A DNA stretch of 64,000 nt from an uncultured delta proteobacterium (GTDB lineage Bacteria; Myxococcota; Myxococcia; Myxococcales; Anaeromyxobacteraceae). The stretch is from NCBI GenBank assembly GCA_963828255.1, contig CAWHDZ010000025.1, forward strand, positions 32,001 through 96,000, written 5' to 3'. A program made the position numbers and the translations under genes. This document shows, piece by piece, positions 9,932 to 18,969 of the stretch. The notes under the pieces were generated by a model. It was not told the DNA's origin, ran no database searches, and worked only from the letters and a program-made list of their open reading frames with translations. Numbering within the stretch: the first letter of the stretch is position 1; every line of letters begins with the position of its first letter.

Positions 9932-11104
9932 CTACCCTAACGCGGACAGCACGTGCTTCAAGGCGGCCAGGAACCCGTCCACCTGCCCGGGAGTGTGACT
10001 TGCGGTGAGGGAGACGCGCAGCCGGCTCGTCCCGGCGGGCACCGTGGGCGGGCGGATGGCCTTCACGTGGTAGCCCATGCCACGCAGCAGGCGCGAGGCC
10101 TCGAGGGCGCGGACCTCCTCCCCCAGGACCACCGGGAAGATGGGCGCGACCACCGACTTCATGGGGAAGCCCAGCGCCTCGAGCCCGGCCTTCATGCGTG
10201 CCGAGAGCGCCTCGAGGCGGGCCCGGCGCTCCGGCTCGGTGGCCAGGATGTCGAGGGCGGCGATGGCCGCGCCGCAGGAGGCGGGGGGGAGCGCGGTGGT
10301 GAAGACGAAGGTCCGGGCCCGGCAAACGAGCCAGTCGGTGAGCTCCCGCGAACCGGCCACGAAGGCCCCGAAGCTTCCCAGGGCCTTGCCGAGCGTGCCC
10401 ATGAGGACGTCCACGCGGTCGGTGACCGAGAGCGCCTCGGCCAGGCCGGACCCGGTGGCGCCCAGGACGCCGGTGGAGTGGGCCTCGTCGAGGTAGAGCA
10501 TGGCGCCGTGCCGTCCGCAGAGATCGACGATCTCGACGAGCGGCGCCGCGTCGCCGTCCATGCCGAAGACCGCGTCGGTGACCACGAGCCTCCGGCGGGC
10601 CCGGGACGCGGCGAGCAGGGACGAGAGCCCGTCCACGTCCCGGTGACGGTAGACGTGGACCTCGGCGCGGGAGAGACGGCAGCCGTCGACGATGGATGCG
10701 TGGTTCCACTCGTCGGAGAAGACCGCGTCGCCCGGACCGACGAGCGCGCCCACCACACCGGCGTTCACGTGGTAGCCCGACGAGAAGAGCAGCGCCGAGG
10801 GCGTGCCCTTCATCCGGGCCAGCCGCTCCTCCAGCTCGTGGTGCAGGAGCAGGTCGCCCACGACGAGCCGGGCCGCACCGGCCCCCGCCCCGTACCGCCG
10901 CGCCGCCTCGGCGGCGGCCCGCTCGACGCGCCCGTCGGCGGCCAGCCCCAGGTAGTCGTTCGAGCAGAGGTTCACCAGCGCATGGCCGGAGAGGCCGATC
11001 ACCGGCCCCTGGGCAGTGCCCATCGGCTCGAGCCTCCGGCGCAGCCCCCTCGCCTCCAGGGCCGCGAGCTCCCCGGGGATCCAGTCGAGCGCCCGGGACG
11101 GCAC
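9932..11104 (-). CDS. bioF: 8-amino-7-oxononanoate synthase
   Basis: CSNDYLGL, NHASIVDG, DEAH, GTLGKALG, IRPPTVP; GTG start right after the bioB stop. Confidence 0.95.
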   Translation of the reverse strand: MPSRALDWIPGELAALEARGLRRRLEPMGTAQGPVIGLSGHALVNLCSNDYLGLAADGRVERAAAEAARRYGAGAGAARLVVGDLLLHHELEERLARMKGTPSALLFSSGYHVNAGVVGALVGPGDAVFSDEWNHASIVDGCRLSRAEVHVYRHRDVDGLSSLLAASRARRRLVVTDAVFGMDGDAAPLVEIVDLCGRHGAMLYLDEAHSTGVLGATGSGLAEALSVTDRVDVLMGTLGKALGSFGAFVAGSRELTDWLVCRARTFVFTTALPPASCGAAIAALDILATEPERRARLEALSARMKAGLEALGFPMKSVVAPIFPVVLGEEVRALEASRLLRGMGYHVKAIRPPTVPAGTSRLRVSLTASHTPGQVDGFLAALKHVLSALG

Positions 11105-11106
11105 GG

Positions 11107-12192
11107 CTATCCGCGCACGACCCGCAGCGAGCGGCGCCCCGGCTCGGTGACGCGCCGGTTCCAGCGGGTCTCGGCCGGCGCCTCGCCGTGGAAGGCCCAG
11201 TGCTCCGCGTCGGGGGTGGGGCGCACGCTCATGCCCTGGCCGGTGATCATCTCGACCACCTGCTCGGGGGTGCGCCCCGCGCTGGTCAGGTAGTTGCCCA
11301 CCATGGTTCCGTTGGCGCCGGCGCGGAAGATGTCGTCCTGCCGGTCCTTGAGGTTCACTTCCCGTCCGCCCATGACGAAGATGTGGGCGGTGGGCATCAT
11401 GAGCCGGTAGACGGCCACGGCGGCCAGGCACTCCTCCGCGGTGATGGCCTCGAGATGCCCCATCGGCGTCCCCGGCCGCGGGTTGAGGAAGTTCACCGGC
11501 ACGCAGTCCACGTCGAGATCGCGCAGGACGAGGGCGAGTTCCACCCGCTGGTCGGGCGACTCGCCCATGCCGAGGATGCCGCCGGTGCAGAGCTTCAAGC
11601 CCAGCCCCTTGGCGGTGCGGACCGTGTCGATCTGCTCCTGGAAGGTGTGGGTGGTGCAGACCTTGTCGAAGTGGCTGGGTGCGGTCTCCAGGTTGTGGTG
11701 CAGGTGCATGAGCCCGGCGGCCTTGAGCCGGGCGATGTCCTGCTCCCGCATGAGGCCGAGGGAGGCGCAGGGCTCGACGGTGGTCTCGGCCTTGATGAGC
11801 CGGATGGCCTCCTCGATGACCGAGAGCTCCTCCTCCTTCGAGACGCGGGTGCCGCTGCAGACGATGGAGAACTCGCGCGCGCCGGCCGCCTCGGCGGCCC
11901 TGGCCTGCTCGAGGATCTCCCGGGCGGTGAGCAGCGCGTAGGTCGGCGCGTCGGCGTCCTTGAAGTGGGCCGACTGGGAGCAGAAGCCGCAGTCCTCGGG
12001 GCAGGAGCCCGACTTGGCGTTGGTGATGCCGCACAGGCTCACCTCGTCGCCGTGGACGGCGTGCCGGACGGCGGCGGCGCGGTCGAGGAGGGCCTCGAAG
12101 TCGGGGCCGGAGGTGAGCCGGATGAGGCGGCGGGCCTCGTCAGCGGAGATGGGCTCGATTCCGGGGGGGAGCGCGGCGCGGGTCTCGCACAT
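11107..12192 (-). CDS. bioB: Biotin synthase
   Basis: [11 protein letters not shown] radical SAM motif, [27 protein letters not shown]. Confidence 0.96.
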   Translation of the reverse strand: MCETRAALPPGIEPISADEARRLIRLTSGPDFEALLDRAAAVRHAVHGDEVSLCGITNAKSGSCPEDCGFCSQSAHFKDADAPTYALLTAREILEQARAAEAAGAREFSIVCSGTRVSKEEELSVIEEAIRLIKAETTVEPCASLGLMREQDIARLKAAGLMHLHHNLETAPSHFDKVCTTHTFQEQIDTVRTAKGLGLKLCTGGILGMGESPDQRVELALVLRDLDVDCVPVNFLNPRPGTPMGHLEAITAEECLAAVAVYRLMMPTAHIFVMGGREVNLKDRQDDIFRAGANGTMVGNYLTSAGRTPEQVVEMITGQGMSVRPTPDAEHWAFHGEAPAETRWNRRVTEPGRRSLRVVRG

Positions 12193-12200
12193 GGGGGCGG

Positions 12201-12228
12201 AGGATACCCGGCGGGGAGGCGTCGTCAA
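12201..12228 (-). promoter_or_regulatory. sigma70-type promoter of bioBF
   Basis: Minus strand TTGACG-N16-TATCCT, 8 nt before the bioB ATG. Confidence 0.65.
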
Positions 12229-12253
12229 CCCGGGGAGGTAAATGGGTTTACGA
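12222..12253. promoter_or_regulatory. BirA operator
   Basis: TCGTCAACC-N14-GGTTTACGA inverted repeat over the bioB -35; fits the TGTcAACC-N14-GGTTgACA BirA consensus known from deltaproteobacteria. Confidence 0.8.
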
Positions 12254-13969
12254 GGGGCGTGGCGCCCTCGCCTTCCGCGGGAACTGGCTTCCGGGTCCAT
12301 ACTCGACGCCCGGGCCGCGCTGCGCCCTGGACGTCTTCTCGAGGAGTCCCCGGTCCACCATGGCCTTGAGGATGCTGCGTGCGCGCTGGACCTCCACGTC
12401 CAGCATGTTCTGCACCGTCCGGTTGGTGATCTTTCCGTACTCCCGCACGTGCGCGATCACCTTCCTGTCGATCTCGTCGACAGTGCGGCGATGGTAGGGA
12501 ACTGCCGCGCCAAGCTCCCGCAACACGTCGCCCCGGAGCCTGTAGGACGGATGGGCCCGGCGCATCGACTCCCTCGTGGGCTCGAGGATGGCCACGCCAC
12601 CCGAGGCGATTCGACGCAGGACCTGCTCGATCTCGGCCACCCCCTTCTGCAGCAGCGTCGGGAGCTCCCGGGCCGACACCGTCTTCACCGTGCAGAGCCG
12701 GAACAGGATCAGCATCGTGTCGGTGTCGTCGCGCTCCTGCTCCGGCAATTGCGCCACGAAGCGCGCAACCTGCGTGTTGGCCCGCCCACCTTCGAGGCTC
12801 ACGCGGACGTGATCGTGATTCGATTCGATCCGCGGAGGGCCACGGCCGGAGCCGATCATCTCGCGAAACATCCGATCGACCCCGCGGCCGACCTCCTCGG
12901 CAAGCCCGAGAACCCTTGCTGCCCTGGCGAGGCAAGGATTCCTCGGCTTGGACGGGTGCGTCAGGATGTTCTCGGGCGTCACGCCGGACACGAGCGGCCC
13001 TGGCGACACCACGGCGAGCAGATCGGGCGAGTGGATGAGGTTCACTGGACCGGTCAGGTGATGGTCGCGATGGATGATCGCATTGGCGAGGGCCTCCCTC
13101 ACCGCGAGGGTGGGAAAGTCCTCCAGCTGGACCTGCTGACCCCCTGGCAGGTCGAGAGGCGTCACGGACTGCCGGGCCCGGACCAGCTGCAACGCGGCCT
13201 GGAATCCGGAGAGGAGCGGTCCCGGTAGCCGCTCGATCGCCCCCGGCTCGCCACCGGAGGTCGCCCGGAACTCGTACACGATGGCGGGAGGACCTCCCTG
13301 GACGGCCCTGCCAAAGAGGAGCTGGCCGGCCATCAGGACGCGCCCCTGCCCGTTCACGACGCCAAGAGCGCGCAGCAGTTCTTCGCTGCCGAGGCGAGCC
13401 AGTCGACGTCGCTCGTCGGGGAACCTCGCCAGCAGGTGTCGTGCGCTCTCCAGGGCGGGCTCGGCAAGATCCCTGGGATGAAGCGTGGTCTCGCTCGCCG
13501 TGAGGTCGATGCCGCGCCGGTCCTCCCGGAGGCGCATCTGCTCGCTCGGATCCATCGGCTGGCAGTCCCGGCCGATTCGCCTTGGCGCACGCCCCTGCGG
13601 GTCGGAATGGATCTCGGGACTCTGCGGTACCGAGACGAGGACGAGGCGAATTCCGCCGATTCGCTCCTCCCAGGCATCCACGGTCAGGGGAGGCCGGCTG
13701 AGCTCCCAGACGCGACGTCGAACGGCATCGACCTCGATCGTGCAACCGGGGAGGGCGGCGGCTCCGGACTTCTGGTCGGCGACCCCGACGACGACCACAC
13801 CTCCCGAGGCGTTGGCGAAGCACAGCGCCGCATCGGCGATGGTCTTGAGGGCGTCCGCCTCGCTTCGCCCCTGCTCCTTGAACTCCAGGGTCGCGGACTC
13901 CAGGTTTCGGGGCGTTTCACCCGCCTGGATGGAGGCAACCGCCGCGCGGGCTTCATCGGTCCTGGGCAC
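12248..13969 (-). CDS. AlbA_2 (Schlafen-like) + HATPase_c_4 + C-terminal wHTH protein
   Basis: ESATLEFKE...[16 protein letters not shown] (AlbA_2); [33 protein letters not shown] (HATPase_c_4); [26 protein letters not shown] (wHTH). Confidence 0.85.
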   Translation of the reverse strand: MPRTDEARAAVASIQAGETPRNLESATLEFKEQGRSEADALKTIADAALCFANASGGVVVVGVADQKSGAAALPGCTIEVDAVRRRVWELSRPPLTVDAWEERIGGIRLVLVSVPQSPEIHSDPQGRAPRRIGRDCQPMDPSEQMRLREDRRGIDLTASETTLHPRDLAEPALESARHLLARFPDERRRLARLGSEELLRALGVVNGQGRVLMAGQLLFGRAVQGGPPAIVYEFRATSGGEPGAIERLPGPLLSGFQAALQLVRARQSVTPLDLPGGQQVQLEDFPTLAVREALANAIIHRDHHLTGPVNLIHSPDLLAVVSPGPLVSGVTPENILTHPSKPRNPCLARAARVLGLAEEVGRGVDRMFREMIGSGRGPPRIESNHDHVRVSLEGGRANTQVARFVAQLPEQERDDTDTMLILFRLCTVKTVSARELPTLLQKGVAEIEQVLRRIASGGVAILEPTRESMRRAHPSYRLRGDVLRELGAAVPYHRRTVDEIDRKVIAHVREYGKITNRTVQNMLDVEVQRARSILKAMVDRGLLEKTSRAQRGPGVEYGPGSQFPRKARAPRPS

Positions 13970-13989
13970 ACGAACCTCGGGGCCGGGCG

Positions 13990-14030
13990 TGTTTATGCTT
14001 ATCCTTCATAGTGTAGGGATTATATAAACA
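13990..14030. promoter_or_regulatory. AT-rich imperfect inverted repeat containing a minus-strand TATAAT -10 (promoter/operator of the AlbA_2 gene)
   Basis: TGTTTATGCTTATCCTTCA-TAG-TGTAGGGATTATATAAACA; TATAAT on minus strand at 14019-14024. Confidence 0.6.
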
Positions 14031-14110
14031 GTCTCGAAACTTCCGTCGCGCTGCGCGGCAGGCCATCTGCGGGGAACATGCAGATCGTGGGCCCTTCGCC
14101 CGCGCTGACG

Positions 14111-14126
14111 TGGCGTCAGCCCTGCA
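14111..14126 (+). promoter_or_regulatory. Putative sigma54 -24/-12 promoter of radA
   Basis: TGGCGTC-AGCC-CTGCA (GG-N10-GC), ending 15 nt before the ATG. Confidence 0.5.
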
Positions 14127-14141
14127 TGGCAAGGTCCCGCC

Positions 14142-15524
14142 ATGTCCCGCGCAGCCCCCAAGCAGAGGAGCGTCTACGCCTGCGCAGAGTGCGGCCATTC
14201 CTCGCCGAAATGGCTGGGCCAGTGCCCCTCCTGCCACCGCTGGAACACCCTGCACGAGGAGGTCGTGGAGGAGACGCGGGGTCCGCCGCGCGGACAGGCG
14301 CGCCCCGGCGCGGCGGCGAAGCCGGTGCCGCTGCGCGAGGTTGTGGCCAGCGAGGACGAGCGGGTCAAGACCGGCATCGGCGAGCTCGACCGGGTGCTGG
14401 GCGGCGGGGTGGTTCCGGGGATGCTGACGCTCCTCGGAGGCGACCCGGGCATCGGCAAGAGCACCCTGCTCCTCACCGCGCTCGACCGGCTGGCGAAGCA
14501 GCTCTCCGGCCGCCCGCTGCTCTACGTCACCGGCGAGGAGTCCACACGCCAGGTGAAGCTCCGCGCCGACCGGCTGGGGGTGGACGCGGAGAACCTCCAC
14601 CTGCTCGCCGAGACCGACGCCTCCCGGGTGCTCCAGATCGCAGCCCAGCTCGAGCCGGCCGTCCTGGCGGTGGACTCCATCCAGACCCAGTACCTCCCCG
14701 AGCTCTCCTCGGCGCCGGGTACGGTCACGCAGATCCGCGAGGTGGCGGCCCGTCTCATGGGCTACGCCAAGACCACCGAGACCCCGGTCTTCCTCGTGGG
14801 ACACGTCACCAAGGACGGCTCCATCGCCGGCCCGCGCGTCCTCGAGCACATCGTGGACACGGTGCTCTACTTCGAGGGAGGGGGCGCCCACCCGTACCGG
14901 GTGCTGCGGGCCCACAAGAACCGCTTCGGGTCGGCCAGCGAGATCGGGGTCTTCGAGATGAAGACCCGCGGCCTCGCCGAGGTGGCGAACCCGTCGGCCC
15001 TCTTCCTGGCCGAGCGGCCGCAGGACGCGGCCGGCAGCGCGGTCACGGCGGCGCTCTCGGGGACCCGGACCCTGCTCGTCGAGGTGCAGGCGCTGGTCGC
15101 CCCCACCGGCTTCGGCACGCCGCGCCGCACCGCGCTGGGGCTCGACCCGTCGCGGGTCGCGCTCCTCGCAGCGGTGCTCGAGAAGAAGGTCGGGCTCGAG
15201 ATCCTGGGCTGCGACCTCTTCGTGAACGTGGCCGGGGGCATGACGCTGGAGGACCCGGCCGCCGACCTCGCCACCGTGGCGGCCCTGGCGTCGTCGTTTC
15301 GCGACAGGGTCATCGAGGCGCGCACGCTGGTGCTCGGCGAGGTGGGGCTGGCAGGCGAGGTCCGCGCCGTGGCGCAGGCGGAGGCCCGGCTCTCCGAGGC
15401 GGCCCGGCTGGGGTTCCGCCGCGCGGTGGTCCCGGCGGGGAACGCGCGCCACGTCGACGCGCCGGCCGGCATGGAGGTCCTGGGGGTGGAGACGGTGGAG
15501 GAGGCGCTGGAGAGGTTGCTGTGA
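14142..15524 (+). CDS. radA: DNA repair protein RadA/Sms
   Basis: CAECG..WLGQCPSC zinc finger, GGDPGIGKST Walker A, KNRFG motif, Lon-like C-terminus. Confidence 0.97.
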   Translation: MSRAAPKQRSVYACAECGHSSPKWLGQCPSCHRWNTLHEEVVEETRGPPRGQARPGAAAKPVPLREVVASEDERVKTGIGELDRVLGGGVVPGMLTLLGGDPGIGKSTLLLTALDRLAKQLSGRPLLYVTGEESTRQVKLRADRLGVDAENLHLLAETDASRVLQIAAQLEPAVLAVDSIQTQYLPELSSAPGTVTQIREVAARLMGYAKTTETPVFLVGHVTKDGSIAGPRVLEHIVDTVLYFEGGGAHPYRVLRAHKNRFGSASEIGVFEMKTRGLAEVANPSALFLAERPQDAAGSAVTAALSGTRTLLVEVQALVAPTGFGTPRRTALGLDPSRVALLAAVLEKKVGLEILGCDLFVNVAGGMTLEDPAADLATVAALASSFRDRVIEARTLVLGEVGLAGEVRAVAQAEARLSEAARLGFRRAVVPAGNARHVDAPAGMEVLGVETVEEALERLL

Positions 15525-17003
15525 TCACGCCCTCTCGAGCGCCCACTTCCACCGCGCGTGCAGGCGGTCGCGCGCCGCGCCGCCCATCCTCGGGGTGAAC
15601 TTCCGGTCCATCTTCCAGGACTTGCCGATCTCGTCGCGCGACTTCCAGTAGCCCACCGCAAGCCCCGCCAGGAACGCCGCGCCGAGCGCGGTGGTCTCCA
15701 CCATCTTCGGGCGGATCACCGGGGTCTCGAGCAGGTCGGCCTGCAGCTGCATGAGCAGGTCGTTCTTGCAGGCGCCGCCGTCCACCTTGGCGGCCGAGGG
15801 GCGGTGCGGGACCTCCTGACGCATGGCCGCCACCAGGTCGAAGACCTCCAGCGCGATCCCCTCCAGCGCGGCCCGGGCGATGTGGCCGGCGCGGGTCCCC
15901 CGGTCGATCCCGGCGATGACGCCGCGGGCGTCGGCGCGCCAGTGGGGCGCCCCCAGGCCGGTGAGCGCCGGCACGAAGACCACGCCTCCGGTGTCCGGCA
16001 CGCTGCGGGCCAGCGCCTCGACCTCCTTCGCGCTCCGGATGATCCCGAGCCCGTCGCGCAGCCACTGCACCGCCGCGCCGGCGATGAAGGCCGAGCCCTC
16101 CAGCGCGTAGGCCACCTCGCCCGGGATGGCCCAGGCCACGGTGGAGAGCAGCCCGAACTTCGAGGCCACCGGCTCCGCGCCGGTGTTGGTGAGGACGAAG
16201 GCGCCGGTGCCGTAGGTGATCTTGGCGTCGCCGGGGGCGAAGCAGGCCTGGCCGAAGAGGGCCGCCTGCTGGTCGCCGGCGATGCCCGCCACCGGCACGC
16301 CGTCGGGCAAAACCCGGAGACCCTTCGTCACCCCGTAGACCTCCGAGCTCATGCGGATCTCGGGCAGCACCTCGGCGGGGACCCCGAAGATGTCGAGCAG
16401 CTCCGGGTCCCAGCGCAGCGAGCGCAGGTCCATGAGCAGGGTGCGGCTGGCGTTGGACGGATCGGTGACGTGGGCCTTTCCGCCGGTGAGCCGCCAGGCG
16501 AGGAAGGTGTCGATGGTCCCGAAGGCGAGCTCCCCCTTCGCGGCGCGCGTGCGGGCCCCCTTCACGTGGTCGAGCAGCCAGCGCAGCTTGGTGGCCGAGA
16601 AGTACGGGTCGAGGACCAGGCCGGTGCGCTCCCGGATCCAGGGCTCGCGCCCCGCGTCCTTGAGCCGCTGGCAGTCCTGTGCGGTGCGCCGATCCTGCCA
16701 GACGATGGCCCGGTGGAGCGGGGCGTCGTTGCGGCGGCTCCAGAGCGCCACCGTCTCCCGCTGGTTGGTGATGCCCACGGCCGCGACGTCCTTCCCGGAG
16801 ACGCCGGCGCGGGAGAGCGCGCGGCGCAGCGTGGAGACGGTCGAGTCCCAGATCTCCTCGAGGTCGTGCTCGACCCATCCCGGCTTCGGGAAGTGCTGGG
16901 GGAACTCCTGGGTGACCTTGCCCTTCACCGACAGCTTCTTGTCGAGGACCAGGACGGTGGTGCCGGTGGTGCCCTGGTCGATGGCCACGACGTACTTCGC
17001 CAT
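15525..17003 (-). CDS. glpK: Glycerol kinase
   Basis: IDQGTTG, GITNQRET, IVWQDRRT, DPYFSATK, GDQQAALFGQ, YGTGAF, ETTALGAA. Confidence 0.96.
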   Translation of the reverse strand: MAKYVVAIDQGTTGTTVLVLDKKLSVKGKVTQEFPQHFPKPGWVEHDLEEIWDSTVSTLRRALSRAGVSGKDVAAVGITNQRETVALWSRRNDAPLHRAIVWQDRRTAQDCQRLKDAGREPWIRERTGLVLDPYFSATKLRWLLDHVKGARTRAAKGELAFGTIDTFLAWRLTGGKAHVTDPSNASRTLLMDLRSLRWDPELLDIFGVPAEVLPEIRMSSEVYGVTKGLRVLPDGVPVAGIAGDQQAALFGQACFAPGDAKITYGTGAFVLTNTGAEPVASKFGLLSTVAWAIPGEVAYALEGSAFIAGAAVQWLRDGLGIIRSAKEVEALARSVPDTGGVVFVPALTGLGAPHWRADARGVIAGIDRGTRAGHIARAALEGIALEVFDLVAAMRQEVPHRPSAAKVDGGACKNDLLMQLQADLLETPVIRPKMVETTALGAAFLAGLAVGYWKSRDEIGKSWKMDRKFTPRMGGAARDRLHARWKWALERA

Positions 17004-17006
17004 GCG

Positions 17007-17792
17007 TCACCTCTTGGGGATGGAGTCGAGGAAGCTCGCCACGTCTTCGGCCAGCCGGTCGCGCTCGAAGTCGATGGCGACGAGGTGGCGGCTGCGCGGG
17101 AGGACGACGTAACGGGCGCCCCCGCCGAGCCGGTCGGCCATGCGCCGCGCGCCGGCCACCGTCACCGTGCCGTCGAGGGCGCCGGCCACGACCAGCGCCG
17201 GGCAGCGCACCCGGGGCAGCAGCGCGTCCACGTGGGACTGGAAGGAGAGCAGCTCGCCGACGGAGCGCAGGGGAATGGACTCCATGCAGGGATTGGCGGC
17301 CCGGGCGTCCGGGTCCCCCACGTCGGAGCCGCCGCCCTTGGAGATCTGGGGGAGGAAGCGGGCCATCGGGGTGGAGCCGGCCAGCCATCCGGCCAGCCTG
17401 CCGAGCGGCTGCAGCTCGAGCGCCGGGGCGAGGAGCGCGATGCCGTCGACGCGGTCCGGGGTCTCGGCGGCCAGCGTGCAGGCCACCAGCGCGCCCATGG
17501 AAGAGCCGACCAGGAGCGTGCGCCGGGTCTTTCCGAGCGCGGCCAGGGCCTCGCGCGCCCCGCTCACCCAGTCCTGCCACGAGGTCCGGGCGAGGGCGTC
17601 TGCGCTGTGGTGGCCGGGGAGGACCGGGGCCAGGCAACGCACCCCGGCGCGGGCGAGCCGGTCGGCGACGGGGCGCAGCTCGAAGGGGGTGCCGGTGAGT
17701 CCGTGGAGGAGCAGGGCCGCGTCGCCGCCGCCGGGGCGACCGGGGAGGTCGTAGGGGCCAGGGTCGCCCCGCCGTGCCGCATCTGCCGCCAT
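17007..17792 (-). CDS. Alpha/beta hydrolase (carboxylesterase / monoacylglycerol lipase-like)
   Basis: LLLHGLTGTP, nucleophile motif GSSMG, D(GTV), SRH catalytic His. Confidence 0.85.
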   Translation of the reverse strand: MAADAARRGDPGPYDLPGRPGGGDAALLLHGLTGTPFELRPVADRLARAGVRCLAPVLPGHHSADALARTSWQDWVSGAREALAALGKTRRTLLVGSSMGALVACTLAAETPDRVDGIALLAPALELQPLGRLAGWLAGSTPMARFLPQISKGGGSDVGDPDARAANPCMESIPLRSVGELLSFQSHVDALLPRVRCPALVVAGALDGTVTVAGARRMADRLGGGARYVVLPRSRHLVAIDFERDRLAEDVASFLDSIPKR

Positions 17793-17871
17793 CAGTGCCC
17801 CATTAGCACGGCGGCGGGACGTCCGGCACGGGCCATGTCCGGCACCGACGATTCCGATGTAGGCTCGGGCC

Positions 17872-18189
17872 ATGTCCGACAAGCCCGTCGCGCCCGCCGG
17901 CGCCCAGCAAGTCCAGGTGCAGATCGAGATCGACCCGGCCACCGCCAACGGGGTCTTCGTGAACTTCGCCATGGTGAACCACACCGACAGCGAGTTCACC
18001 CTCGACCTTCTCTACCTCCACCCCGAGGCCCCCAAGGCCACGGTGCGGGCCCGCGCCATCCTGACGCCCCGCCACATGAAGAGGCTCCTGCTCGCCATGC
18101 AGGAGAACCTGGGGCGGTACGAGGCGCTGTTCGGCGTGGTGGACGCGACCCCGTCGCCCCACTTCCCGCGCCCGCCCGGCGTGAACTAG
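17872..18189 (+). CDS. DUF3467-like protein
   Basis: ANGVFVNFAMVNHTDSEFTLD...RAILTPRHMKRLLLAMQENLGRYE..FG. Confidence 0.75.
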   Translation: MSDKPVAPAGAQQVQVQIEIDPATANGVFVNFAMVNHTDSEFTLDLLYLHPEAPKATVRARAILTPRHMKRLLLAMQENLGRYEALFGVVDATPSPHFPRPPGVN

Positions 18190-18253
18190 GACCATCGGTC
18201 CGCGCCGCGGCCGCTCGCGCGGGCGTCCCCTCGTGAGATCGCGCCCCTGCCGC

Positions 18254-18269
18254 GGGCACGCACGTTGCT
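18254..18269 (+). promoter_or_regulatory. Putative sigma54 promoter of the small-ORF/comEA operon
   Basis: GGGCACG-CACG-TTGCT versus consensus TGGCACG-N4-TTGCW; GGGAGA RBS downstream. Confidence 0.7.
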
Positions 18270-18308
18270 CCCCTGCCCTGCACACCAGCAGCAAGGGAGA
18301 CAACGGAC

Positions 18309-18572
18309 ATGACCGACGCGAACGGCGGCCCCAGCGGCCGCAAGCCCCTCTCCGTGTACGCGGTCCTCGACCGCAAGGACGGAGGCAAGCCCTACTGGAT
18401 GAAGGTCGGCGCCGCATTCACCAACCGTGACAGCAGCCTCACGGTGGTGCTCGACGCCTTCCCCTCCTCCACCAACCGCCTGCAGATCCGCGAGCAGAAG
18501 TTCTCCGACGAGGCGCGCCCGGCCGGCGGCAACGGCGCCCACCGCGGGGAGGAGGAGGAGGCGCGCACGTGA
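18309..18572 (+). CDS. Small conserved hypothetical protein (87 aa, DUF736-like motif, acidic tail)
   Basis: RBS present; YWMKVGAAFTNRDSSLTVVLDAFP motif; stop overlaps the comEA start (GTGA). Confidence 0.75.
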   Translation: MTDANGGPSGRKPLSVYAVLDRKDGGKPYWMKVGAAFTNRDSSLTVVLDAFPSSTNRLQIREQKFSDEARPAGGNGAHRGEEEEART

Positions 18573-18910
18573 GCGCGCCGCGGGGGCTCCTCCCGCTCCT
18601 GGGACTGCTCGCGCTCCTCGTCGCCACCCCGGCCTGGGCCGAGAAGAAGCCGCTCGGGCCCGGGGAGCGGGTGGACCTGAACGCCGCCACCGCCGCCGAG
18701 CTGATGCGCCTGCCCGGGGTGGGGAGGAAGAAGGCCGAGGCCATCGTGGCCTCGCGGGACAAGCGCCCCTTCAGGAAGGCGGAGGAGGTGACCCGGGTGA
18801 AGGGGCTCTCGCCGTCCTGGTACGCGAAGGTGAGGGGGATGGTGACGGTGGGTGAGGCGCCGGCGGCGCCGCGCGCTCCGGAGCCGCCGCGGGCGGCGAA
18901 GGGCGGTTGA
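18569..18910 (+). CDS. comEA: ComEA-family helix-hairpin-helix DNA receptor
   Basis: Signal peptide; VDLNAATAAELMRLPGVGRKKAEAIV...F..AEEV.RVKGL. Confidence 0.88.
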   Translation: MSAPRGLLPLLGLLALLVATPAWAEKKPLGPGERVDLNAATAAELMRLPGVGRKKAEAIVASRDKRPFRKAEEVTRVKGLSPSWYAKVRGMVTVGEAPAAPRAPEPPRAAKGG

Positions 18911-18915
18911 GAATG

Positions 18916-18952
18916 GAAAGGGCCCGGCTCGCATGTGCGGGCCGGGCCTCTC
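18916..18952. terminator. Probable bidirectional terminator hairpin
   Basis: GAAAGGGCCCGGCTCGCA-TG-TGCGGGCCGGGCCTCTC between convergent genes. Confidence 0.6.
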
Positions 18953-18969
18953 GATTCATCCGGTCCGCG

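Noticed and set aside
12248..13969. Annotation as RecG helicase
   Set aside because: No DExH helicase motifs; the architecture is AlbA_2-HATPase_c_4-wHTH
17824..17839. CGGCACG-GGCC-ATGTC as a sigma54 site before the DUF3467-like gene
   Set aside because: Lacks the -12 GC; a TAGGCT -10 explains the gene better
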